Part shown: positions 53,246 to 64,000 of the stretch, piece by piece
Position numbering within the stretch: position 1 is the first letter of the stretch
Layout: every line of letters starts with the position of its first letter
Source: Camelus dromedarius
Taxonomy: Eukaryota
Length of the DNA stretch: 64,000 nt
NCBI RefSeq assembly: GCF_036321535.1
Contig: NC_087437.1
Span: 112,346,001 to 112,410,000, forward strand
Direction of reading: 5' to 3'
Notes under the pieces: model-generated
What the model was told of the DNA's origin: nothing
Seen by the model: the letters and a program-made list of their open reading frames with translations, nothing else
Databases searched by the model: none
Position numbers and translations under genes: made by a program

Positions 53246-54494
53246 TGGATGATGAGTCAGATATAGAGAACAAACTAGTGGTTACCAGTGGGGAGGGGGA
53301 GGAGCGATTCAGGCATAGGGGGAATAAAAGCGCTTTTGTGGGATTATACAAAATCATATGTGTGAAACTTTAAAAAATTGCAAAGCACTATAGAATTGAA
53401 AGAATTTTTCATTCAATAAAAAATAAAGTTGGGTGATGAATCCATGACCTTTGATTACCATCTTCTCTGTACTTTCTATGTGTTTGAAAGCTTCTGTAAT
53501 AAGAAGCTGAGAAAAAAAAAATTGATGGTTTGTGCTGGTGATTTGGGGATGGGAAGAGGAGACGGTCCAGTCCCTGCCGGCTGGTCACCTACTGGGGACA
53601 GGTCATTTGTCTTGAGTAGAGAACCATCACATGTCTGGGAATTAGTAGGGAAAATAAAGTAACGGTGGTAACAGAAGCAAGACCTGTGGTGAAAGTCTCG
53701 GGTCTAGCGTCAGCCAGCTGCTGCGCTCTGCCCTCCCGGGCTGGTTGGGCAGCAGTGTTCTCGGTTAGTTACTGGGGAGGGGATGTCATGCTCGGCTCCC
53801 TCACTGGTGAAGCTCGAGGCAGTGGTGTCCTCAGAGCCCATCACTGCCTTCATCACTCGTGGTGGAGCTGCGATGTGTAGGTCCTGTGAAGATGCTTTAC
53901 TAAGGGCTGGAGAGGGGAGGATGAGATGGTGGCTGGAGGGGGCCGGCATTGGCATCACACAAACCTGGGATCACATCCCAACTCTGCCACTTACGGGCAT
54001 TGACTCTGGGCAAGTGACATCCCTTCTGGGCTTCAGTTCTCCTCTCCTCTCCTGGGACATGGTGATGACCTTGTGTAGCTGTTACACAGATCTGTGTGGA
54101 CGTGCATGCAAAATCCATGTCCAGGTTTATAGGGATCATTCGGTGTATGGAGGTTGCTCTCAGTGGGTCACCTGTGGCTCCTTCAAGCCTTCCTTCAGGA
54201 CTGGAGAGAAGGCAGATGATGTCCACCCTCGAGACACAGACTCATTAGGTTGCAATCAGATTCCAGATCCGGGCCACTCTTCAGAAATGTGAGTCTTTCA
54301 GGGCTGACCTTTCAGCAGTTAAGTGATTAGTGGTCCAGGCTCCCATGCCTCTCCCATGGGTAAGGCCCAGACAAGTCTAGAGAACACGTTCAGGGGAGGC
54401 CGGGCCCTGAGGTCAGTGTGCTTTCCCGAGCTCTGGTCAGAGAGCTGTTGGAATGGAAGCGCGGGATGTGTGTGCCAGTGTCTGTGAGCAGGTT

Positions 54495-55061
54495 ATTGGG
54501 GGGTTTTTTGACCATTTTTTTTTAAGTAGTCAGTTTACAATGTTGTGTCAATTTCTGGTGTACAGCATAGTCTCAGTCATACATGTACATACATATATTC
54601 ATTTTCATATTATTTTTCATTATAGGTTGCTACAAGATATTGAATATAGTTCCCTGTGCTATACAGTATAAACTTGTTGTTTATCTATTTTATATATAGT
54701 AGTTAGTATCTGCAAATCTTGAACTCCCAATTTATCCTTTCCCACCCCGTCCCCTCCGGTAACCATAAGTTTGTTTTCTATGTCTGTGAGTCTGTCTCTG
54801 TTTTGTAAATAAGCTCATTTGTGCTTTCTTTTTTAGATTCCACATATAAATGATATCATATGGTATTTTTCTTTCTCTTTCTAGCTTACTTTACAGTATG
54901 ACAATCTCCAGATCCATCCATGTTGCTGCAAATGGCACTATTTTATTCTTTTTTATGGCTGAGTAGTATTTCATTGTATACATATACCACAACTTCTTTA
55001 TCCAGTCATCTGTCATTGGACATTTAGGTTGCTTCCATGTCTTGCTATTGTAAATAGTGCT
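54495..55061 (-). mobile_element. 5'-truncated LINE-1 with TSD
   Basis: Reverse L1 3' UTR; TSD tgtgagcaggtt at 54483-54494 and 55062-55073. Confidence 0.88.
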
Positions 55062-56189
55062 TGTGAGCAGGTTTAATGAGAGCTTTTTGTTACTTGCAGC
55101 AAATCTGCTAACATCACTGTAGCTCAGCCCTGTCTTCGTTTGGACTTAGTTCCTCCACCAGAACAAATGAGATCAGAGGGCATGAGTCCAAACCCTGTGG
55201 GGACCAGTTCCTTTCACACAGAGAGAAAGGTGACCAGACCACACGCCTAACCCTGCCCAACCTGTGAGAGCCCAAGTGAGAGTGTGGAAGCAAGAGAGAA
55301 ATCCAGCCCCACTCTTGTGAACACATGACCGTTCACATCATCTGTGGGTGTAAGATGTGCAGAAACAGGCTTCTTAGAACTTGGAGGACACAGCTGTACT
55401 TTGATCTGAGTTTCTCTGGCTAATTACACAATTTAAATGCTTACTTGATACATGCTGTAATCTTTCATTTATTGCTCGTCATGAGTCATAGTCCTTGCTG
55501 TCCTGAGAATTGTATGAAAAGCCTTAACAAATAGACTTATGGTGGTAATACTTCTCAGTTATTATATTTAAGCATTGTATTACAAAAAGCTAGAAGACAC
55601 ATAAATGTATTTTAAAGTTTGTAAACACCACTTTAGGTTCATTTATATAGAAAATATGTAACTATATATATATAGTAGAGAAGGACTAACAAAATCTTCT
55701 CCCCCTCTGCATGAAAATTTGAACTATGCTTAACCTTTCACCTCTGCTTCTCTGGAAATCTGATAAAGATAGCACGTAAACCATGTTATTAAGCAGAAAT
55801 GTTTATGGTCAGGAGGACCCCTGACTGGTAAACTGCATTTCAACTGGGACAGTCTTAAGTACCCGGTCGGCAGTCATCTTTGGGGTGTTGCTGAGTGCAG
55901 GGATTCTTGTAACTGGGCGTGTCCCTTGTGGGGACTCCAAAAACTATTCTGGAGTTGTTATGAGAGATACTGGCTCGTGTGGCTTTCAAGCCAGGGAGGC
56001 TCCTGTACCTGCCCAAAGTGGCTTCAGATACTTGTACCTGAGCCATCTCCAGGGGCGGCCAGCAGCCGTGTGGGCAGCCGCAAGGACCCCAGAAAGCCCT
56101 GGTGCTGCCCTGTAACCTTCCAAGTAAATCTGGTGCCCAGAGAGCGTGTGGTAGTCTTGTGTGCCGGAATGCAACCTCATTACCAGTAC

Positions 56190-56322
56190 AAATATGTGTG
56201 TATGTACATAATTATATATATATGTTATATATCATTGACTGTAATTACACATACAATATACATATTGTGTGTATATATATATATGACGTGGTTATGTATG
56301 TATGTGTATATATACGCACATA
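56190..56322 (+). repeat. Degenerate (TA)/(TG)/(TATG) low-complexity tract just upstream of exon 4
   Basis: Alternating purine-pyrimidine tatgtgtgtatgtacata...gtatatatacgcaca. Confidence 0.8.
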
Positions 56323-56355
56323 GGTTGACTGATTGACTTTTTAATTCTATTTCAG

Positions 56356-56501
56356 CGACCATCGGACCTCCAGAAAACATCTGGGTGACCCCAGAAGAAG
56401 GCTCCTTTAACATCAAGTTTTCTTCTCCCTTTGACGTCCCTGCCAGTGAAGCCTATTTTTTGTATTATGTCTATTACTGGGAAAAGGGCGGAATCCAACA
56501 G
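56356..56501 (+). CDS. IFNGR2: IFNGR2 exon 4 (GC donor)
   Basis: ctatttcag acceptor; (A)TIGPPENIWVTPEEGSFNIKFSSPFDVPASEAYFLYYVYYWEKGGIQQ; phase-0 end at CAG|GCAAGA; 146 nt. Confidence 0.93.
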
Positions 56502-57741
56502 GCAAGAGCATTATTCTTCTTTGTTTTGAGTTTCTTTTCTTTGGAGTTTCTGTATAGCAAAAGAAGGTCTCCTTTAAAACGGCCAAGGGAAATAAGGCAT
56601 CCCAGTATCCCCTGAGAGGCCGAGGCTTAGTGGGCAGACCATCCTCTTCAGGACCCCTGCTTCTGCTCACCGTGCGGAGACTCCTCTCCCACCAGACCCG
56701 CCTTTAGGGCCCTCTCTGCCTGGTGTCACATGGCCCCGCTGTCTGCACCTGGACTCAGCTGGAGTCCCTGGTGCTTTTGCCACACTCCGGAGTTTGGGGA
56801 GGTTCTGTGGGCCTGTTTCTACAGCAAGGAATCTGCTACTGCAGCCTGCAAGGTTTAACCATATAAAGCCTCTGGTTTGAACAGTTTGCAAAGAGTGTGA
56901 TGTGAATAGGTGACAAGTTCACTTACTGGAAGGAGAGAGAGCGTTCTAGGGTGAAGGACCAGTAGGTTCAAGAAGGCGCCGTGCATTTGGGGAGCTGCAA
57001 GTGCTTGGATCCATCAGAAATGCAGGCCGTGTGCGAGCCTGGGGCGGGCGCTGGGTTGACAGAGGTGGGTCAGACCCAAGGGGCCCGGTCAGCCCTGGGT
57101 GGCACAAGAGAAAAAGGATGGCGTTTAATCACCTCCAGTGTCTGATCAGCCAAACTGCAGTTAATGATGTTTTATTATCTATGTAAACTTCATGATTTCC
57201 TACGTCCCACATTATTATAATTTTTTATAATATAAGAGCTTATGTTTATACAGAGCTTTCTTTGTATCTGGCACTGGGCCAGGCACTTGAGATACATTTA
57301 ATCTCATTTAATCTTGACACCACCCTGTGTCACAGGGAGGGAAACTGAGTGGTTACGTGACTTGCCCAAGGGCGGCAGCTGACAGCTAGCGGAGCGGAGG
57401 GGACATCGAGCCTCATGCTCTTAACTGTCGCTCTTCTCCAACATAGTCCACGTTTGCACGTCGTTTCTTTGTGGTGACTGAGAACACGGAGAAGGCAAAA
57501 GTCACTGAAGAACAGACTCCCAGCATACAGGGATGAAGGAAAGACTCATTTTCCAAAATCGGAGGTCAAGGTCTGGTCCACTGGAATAGAGAAGGCCTGG
57601 AAAAATCCAGAAGGGATTCCTCTTTCTGCTTTTCAGCCAGAGCATCTATACTTTGGACTTTTGTGAGCAAAAGATTCTGGGGCCAAAGTGACTGTGAAAG
57701 CCACCGACCAGTATGCTTTCCATTGCAGCTGTGAGTCTGCA

Positions 57742-58220
57742 TGTCAGGGTCCCCAAGACCAACTCCTAGGTTTGCTTGAAGGACGCACGAGACTCAGCAC
57801 CTAGCTGTCCTCGAGGCTGTGATTTATTAGAAAGAAAGGACACAAGGCAGAGTCTAAAGGAATCTAGGCATTTGCTTCCAGGAACTGTCCCTAGTCCTCC
57901 AGGACACACTTAATTCCCCCAGCAAGAAGCTTGACAGCGTGTGAAATGTTGTCAACCAGGGGAGCTCCTTAGAGACTCAGCGCCTGGAACTTGTACTGGG
58001 GGTGGTCACATAGGCACCCTCTGCCTAGTATATACACCCAAACTCCAGGCTCCCAGCAGGAGAGCAAGTGTTCAGCACCAAAAGCATTGTTTATACACTA
58101 AACCACCCTTATCCGGGAATGGTGAGGCCACTCCCCGAATGCCAGCCGTGCGTCAGCTGTGCAACCAAGCCTTTCTCCGGACTGCAGTGTCAGGCCTAAA
58201 TGTTAGCTCTTCTCTGCGGC
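57742..58220. mobile_element. MER21-like LTR fragment
   Basis: tgtcagggtccccaagacc...gactcagca...ttgtcaaccaggggagctc...gagactcagcgcc. Confidence 0.55.
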
Positions 58221-59482
58221 CTGTGATTCTGAATTTTGGAAAGGCCAAGTGGCTGCTGAAATAAACTCATAAAGGAATGCCGTCCTTAAAATTGCTGGAT
58301 GTGGCATCAGGAGCAAAAATTTCTCTCCTCTGCCCTGGTGGTCATCAATATTAAACAGGAGGGGAAAAATTAAAAGTCATCTGTAATCCTGCTATTCGTG
58401 TACAACACGGTTATTTTGTGTTTTTAAAAATAAGGTCATGTTCTATATACTGTTGAATAATCTGCCTTTTTTCAATCAACATATATATGCAGCTTCCTCT
58501 TTCCACAACACTGAGCGTGTGTTATGTCCCGCCATTCCAGATGGCTGTAGCCTGTCTTCTGTATCTCATAATAAGAAAGCAGCCCTTTAAGGAGTCCTGT
58601 ATTGCCATAATATGGTGTATCTTTTCCTTGTTTCCCTGTGGAGCAATGACAGCCTTGTCCAGGCCGGGAGTGAGAAGCCATTGACTGGAGGTGTGGAGGT
58701 GACAGGACCTGAGGGAGGGTAGAGGCTGGGAGGTGGAGAGGAGACAGACTCCTCTAAGAATTTGGGACCCAGCCCTTTCCTGATGACATGAGTCACTAAG
58801 ACCTTTTCCATCTGCACTCTAAAAGGAACCAGCACTTTCCAGTGAAAGCCAGAAGCAGCTTGGGAACCAAAGGAACATTATTTCTTAGAATGACTGTTCT
58901 TCTGTTTGTTGACTAACTTCAAGTATCTAGATGAGATTCACCATGAGATACAAAATGTTAAGTTGAAAGGAGGAAGCTTCATCCTCGCAATTGAAATTTG
59001 CAGTTTTAGCTTCGGACCCTCCGTTGCCGTGATGAGTCTTTGGTGGGACCCCTGAGGCCTCATAGCCAGAAACACAGCCCTGAAGACATCAGCCTCTTTT
59101 TATTTTTTTTAATTGAAGTATAGTCGGTTTACGATGTTGTGTTAATGTCTGATGTACAGCATAGTGATTCAGTGATACATATGTACATATATATTCCTGT
59201 TCATATTCTTTTTCACTGTAGGCTGTTACAAGGTATTGAATATAATTCCCTGTGCTGTGTATGTCAGCATCTTTCTTGATACTATTCATCAGTTTTCATA
59301 TATGAAATTTGTCCACTGTAAGCATGTAGAATGTGTATTCTGTTTCTTTAACAACAGAATTATCTTATTCTTTGGTTATTGTGTTCAGTGTGAATTTGAG
59401 GAAACATTGGAAAAGATGGGAGGGGCTTGATCATGTCCATGCGGGTAATTTTCACATATGGTTGTTGGTGTTTTTTATGTAG

Positions 59483-59642
59483 GTTACACGCCCTAACAGG
59501 AGCAACTTCATCACGTTGAATAATTTAAAACCCTTAAGAGCATACTGTTTTCAAGTCAAGGCAGAACTGTTTTGGATAAGCGGGAAAATCTCGAGACCTG
59601 GGCATTTAAGCGACATATCTTGCTCCGAGACAACAGCAGGCG
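59483..59642 (+). CDS. IFNGR2: IFNGR2 exon 5
   Basis: ttttttatgtag acceptor; VTRPNRSNFITLNNLKPLRAYCFQVKAELFWISGKISRPGHLSDISCSETTAG; donor G|GTAACA; 160 nt. Confidence 0.95.
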
Positions 59643-60026
59643 GTAACATACGCTTTCTGAAGTCCTTTCTGAGCTAGGAAAAGATTACTCCTAAAATCGT
59701 GAAATCAGGGGTTGCTAATTAGGTGAAGGGCGGTGAGCATGGGGAGACCCAGAGAGAAGGGGCTGAGCAGACAGCACTGAACTGTAGGCATAATGAGCTC
59801 GTGTTGAAGTCTCCAGGAGGGACAGCTGCCAGACAGCTAACGCTTTGTTTTAGCATTGCCTTTCCTAGCTATTAATTGAAGCACACAAGGCTGGGTGGAA
59901 GCGGGGCAGTACCCGTCCATTTCGCTGGGACATGAACTCCATGTATCGCAGCGGCGGATGAGAAATTACCGTGTTTGTGTTACGTGTGGGATGCTCATCT
60001 TGTTCACTTTAATTTTGTCTCTTTAG

Positions 60027-60184
60027 CCTCTGCCAAGCTTCAGCAAGTCATCCTGATCGCCGTGGGAACCTTTTTGTTGCTGTCGGTGGTGGTAGGGACC
60101 TGTCTCTTCCTGGTCCAGAAATACAGAAGCTTGGTTAAATACTGGTTTCAGTCTCCGCCAGGGATCCCAGCACGATTAGAAGAG
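60027..60184 (+). CDS. IFNGR2: IFNGR2 exon 6 (transmembrane helix and box1)
   Basis: tgtctctttag acceptor; (A)SAKLQQVILIAVGTFLLLSVVVGTCLFLVQKYRSLVKYWFQSPPGIPARLEE; donor GAG|GTATGT; 158 nt. Confidence 0.96.
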
Positions 60185-60299
60185 GTATGTGTGCACACAC
60201 GGAAAAGGGGGATGTGTCAGCCCTCCACGCCTCCTGGTACCACATGGGAGTACAGCCACAGGCAAAGCCAAGGGCGCAGAGATTTGCATTAAAAGTGGT

Positions 60300-61545
60300 T
60301 CTTGGTTACTTGTACACCCATGTTCTTAGCAGCACTATTCACAATAGCCAAAAGGTAGGTGCAACCCAAGTGCCCCATCGATGGATGAATGGATCAAGAA
60401 AATGTGGTGGACGTATGAATGGAATATTACTCAGCCTTAAAAAGGAAGGGGATTCTGACACATGCCACAACATGGATGAACCTTGAGGACAGTATAATAA
60501 GGAAAACTAGTCACAAAAAGACAAATGCTACATGATTCCATTTAAATGAGGTACTTAGAGTACTTATCTTCATAGAAACAGAATGTGAAATAGTGATGGC
60601 CAGGGTCTGGAGGGAGGGAGGAAATGTGGAGTTAGTGTTTATACTTTTTTTTTTAAATTGACGTATAGTTGGTTTACAATTTTGTGCCAATGGAGTTAGT
60701 GTTTCATGGGGACAATTTCAGTTTTGCAAAATGAAAAAAGTTCTAGAGACAGATGGTGGTGGTGGTTGCCCAGCACTGTGAATGTGCTTTACACTATTGA
60801 ACTGTACATTTAAACATGGTTAAGATGGCAAATTTTATGCTATACGTATTTTACCACAATTAAACATTTTTTATTTTATTTTATTTTTTTATTGAGGTAT
60901 AGTTAATGTATGTGTTAATTTCTAGTGTACAGCACAGTGATTCAGTTACACATATATAGATACAGATATGGATGTCCTTTTCATATTCTTTTTCATTATA
61001 GGCTATTACAAGGTATTGAATATAGTTCCCTGTGCTCTACAGTAGGACCTTGTTGTTTATCTATTTTATGTATATTTGTTAGTGTCTGCAAACTTGAACT
61101 CCCAATTTACCCCTTTCTACCCTCTCCTCTCTTGGTAACCGTATTTGTTTTCTATGTCTGTGAGTCTGTCTCTGTTTTGTAAATAAGTTCATTTGTGTCC
61201 TTTTTTTAGATTCCATATATGAGTGATATCATATGGTATTTTTCTTTTTCTTTCTGGCTTACTTCACTTAGTATGACAATCTCCAGGTCCATCCATGTTG
61301 CTGCAAATGGCATTATTATTGTGTTCTTTTTTATGGCTGAGTGTATCCCATTGTATAAATGTACCACAACTTCTTTATCTAGATCTGTCGATGGACACTT
61401 AGGTTGCTTCCATGTCTTGTCTATTTTAAATAGTGCTGCTGTGAACATTGGGGTGCATGTATCTTTTCCAATTAGAGTTTCCTCCGATATATGCCTAGGA
61501 GTAGGATTGCTAGATCATAGGGCAAGTCTATGTTCAGTTTAAGAA
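60300..61545. mobile_element. Two tail-to-tail LINE-1 3' fragments (+ ~60300-60870, - ~60870-61545)
   Basis: gcagcactattcacaatagccaaaagg on +; [22 protein letters not shown] on -. Confidence 0.85.
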
Positions 61546-61638
61546 AATTTTTAAATGGCACGAGGTTGGCCAAAAAGGTGGCCTGGTCTGGCTGGACCAA
61601 GAAATCGGCTGCAGGAGGTTCCGAGGCAACACATCAGT

Positions 61639-61727
61639 CCCAGGGAGCCTGGCTGGAGGACGTGATGCCCCCAGGGAGCCTGGCTGGACTACGTGATGTC
61701 CCCAGGGAGCCTGGCTGGATGACGTGA
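61639..61727 (+). repeat. 31-bp minisatellite, ~3 copies
   Basis: cccagggagcctggctggaNNacgtga at 61639, 61670 and 61701. Confidence 0.92.
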
Positions 61728-62194
61728 AGGCAGTGGAAACAGCAGTCAAGAGCCCAAGCTCTGGGTCAGACAAAGTGCACTCAGGAGGATTCTGGGGTAA
61801 ACACACCCTGAGCCATGAGCACAAAGCCTTGCACATCGAGGGCTCAGGGAATGTTACTAGTATTTTAAAAGATTTAAGAAAGAAAAGTGGAGTGAGTGGG
61901 TCTTGCGGAAAGTCTTGTTTTCCTGCCCAGCCCCAGCCCTGCTGAGGCTCCTTGTGGCAGCCAGGCCCTCTGAGGTCACAGCCAGGAAGGACATTATTAG
62001 GCTCAGAAGTTAGCTGATCAAGAATATGTAGATGTATTTAGAACCTGTAAATGCTGTGTTTGTGCTGTAATAGTTATGTATTTCAAAAACTGAAATCTCT
62101 TTAAAAAATTTCATCCGATGCTTTGATTTTTTTAAAAAAAGAATATTTAGAAGTATTTGTTTCTAGGGGGTTTATCGTTCATCAGTAACATCAA

Positions 62195-63121
62195 GGTAAA
62201 ATACTGGAAACAGAATCTTAGGGTGTTATATCTGGTCTATAAAGACAGAGTGGTGCTTCTAGAAAGAGCTCTAGTCTCTTGTCTTTATCGGTGTCAGGTG
62301 TTTAAGGTACACAGACATTATGCAAATTGTATGTTAAATTCCATACTGGAACCTCCATACAAATGCTGCAGGATTCTATTTGCAAGAAGCATCTAAAATA
62401 GTCACACTCACAGAAGCAGAGAATAGAATAGTGGTTACCAGGGCCAAGGGGAGGGAGAAACGGGGAGGTGCTTTCAAACGGTGTTAAGTTTCAGTTCTGC
62501 AGGATGAGTAAGTTCAGAGATCTGCTGTACCACGTCGTGCCTGTAGTTAGTACTGTGTTTCGCACGTAAAAATGTGCTAAGAGGGTAGAACTCATGTTAC
62601 ATGTTCTTACCACAAAAAGAAAAACAAAAACAAAAACCTTCCATGGTTAATATTGTCACAACGTACATAACAGCTCTCAACTCAGAGTTTTACTTGCATT
62701 CGTAATCTCTCTCTCAGAGTGGAAATAGCAGCTGGGCCCTAGTATGTGAATTTACTACTAGCTGTTTCCTTCTGAGCTTTAATCTAAAACAATAAAGTCT
62801 TTCGATTCACTTTCCTGGGAAAGTGTGAAAAATCTACATCAAAGGTCACTGAAGTTAACGTGTGAAAAATGAATCATGTTTCACTTATATTTTCGAGCTT
62901 TCACAAGTGCACATGATCCATTACTGTTCCTCTTTGAATCAGCCAGCGCTAAGCTTACTGTATTTCAGTACCTTTCAGGCTTTCCAAGAGCCAGGCAGTA
63001 GGTTCTTGGTAACTGGGTAAAGTTACCAAGTAAAATCAGGGTAAAATACTGGAAACAGAATCTTAGGGTGTTACAGCTGGTCTATAAAGACAGAGTGGTG
63101 CTTCTAGAAGGAGCTCTAGTC
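62195..63121 (+). repeat. Dispersed 82-bp direct repeat pair in intron 6
   Basis: 62195-62276 and 63040-63121, 79/82 identical. Confidence 0.92.
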
Positions 63122-63720
63122 ACTTGGTTATGACTTTGGGCTTATGGCTAAGCCCAAAGCACAGGCAGGAGGGCCAGGGAGAGTCAGGCCGGGTGGGCCA
63201 TCACTTCGCATTGAAGACCTGCACTTTCTGACCCTCCCAGAGCCGCACTGCCACCACTGTGGGCCCAGATCCTCTGTACCGTGTGTGTTGTGTGAAGTAG
63301 AAACAACCGGTGGGCAGAGTGGGCTGCGAAAAATGCTTGTGAGCTTCCCCTCTTTGCCCCCATTGTTGGTGAATGAGAGGTCCCGTTTCCTCCTTCACCG
63401 AAAAGTTAGAATTCCAGAGACCTTTCAGGATGAATAATCCACCAGCGCGCATCCAGTGCAGCAAGTGAGAACTTGCTTTTCCTGAGTGATGCCCCTTCAC
63501 GCCTTCAGAGCGTTCCCCTGGTTGGTCCTTGGATCCGTGTGCACGTTACCGAGATGAGGGGTGAAGGGGATATTCAGGTGTTAGTGGTTTTTTCGTTGGT
63601 GGGCGGAACAGGAAGCTACCCCTGCATAAAATAGGATTGTGCCAACTAAAACTAAAGCAGAAAGGTCTGGTGTTTTGAACTGAGAAACTAATCATGATGG
63701 TGGTTTTCAATCTTCTCAAG

Positions 63721-63939
63721 TATTTAAAGGACCCGGATCAGCCCATCTTAGACGCCTTGGACAACGACAGCTCGCCAAAGGATGATGCCTGGGATTCTGT
63801 GTCCATCGTTTTGTCCCCAGAGAATGAGGGAGAAGATGTTCTCCAAAGCACTGTGAACCAAAGCGCAGGTCCGAGCCAGCAGCCCGTGGAAGGAGGACTC
63901 CAAGCCAGTGAACCCACTGATGTTACCGTCAGGACTTGA
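63721..63939 (+). CDS. IFNGR2: IFNGR2 exon 7 coding part (cytoplasmic tail to stop)
   Basis: ttttcaatcttctcaag (AAG) acceptor; YLKDPDQPILDALDNDSSPKDDAWDSVSIVLSPENEGEDVLQSTVNQ...VTVRT*; TGA at 63937-63939; 3' UTR runs off the window. Confidence 0.95.
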   Translation, partial: YLKDPDQPILDALDNDSSPKDDAWDSVSIVLSPENEGEDVLQSTVNQSAGPSQQPVEGGLQASEPTDVTVRT

Positions 63940-64000
63940 GGGAGCTCAGGACTCCATACTCCTGTCACCAAGAAACCCGTGGGTGCCTGGGGAGAGGTCG

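Overview
Mammalian genomic DNA, most likely a camelid, inferred from several Vic-1-like tRNA-derived SINEs. The main feature is a complete 7-exon IFNGR2 gene on the + strand (CDS 35915-63939, 1116 nt, 371 aa) with a CpG-island promoter. It has an exact kappaB site, a strong-Kozak 7-codon uORF, a poly-Pro signal peptide, a non-canonical GC donor at intron 4 and a C-terminal tail longer than I recall for human. Intron 1 holds a full-length antisense TUBA1A processed pseudogene (poly(A), TSD, inserted into a MIR). It also holds a Mutator-like (MULE) DNA transposon remnant with ~125 bp TIRs and recognisable transposase motifs, nested inside an MLT1 LTR. The first 35 kb is repeat-rich intergenic DNA (L1, L2, MaLR/ERV LTRs, MERs, SINEs), presumably the IFNAR1-IFNGR2 interval. 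It contains a clean solo LTR near the promoter, candidate enhancer motif clusters and some minus-strand exon-like segments of uncertain meaning. Most entries in the ORF track are spurious. I see no convincing wholly new multi-gene system. Repeat family names and comparisons with human are from memory, not from database searches.
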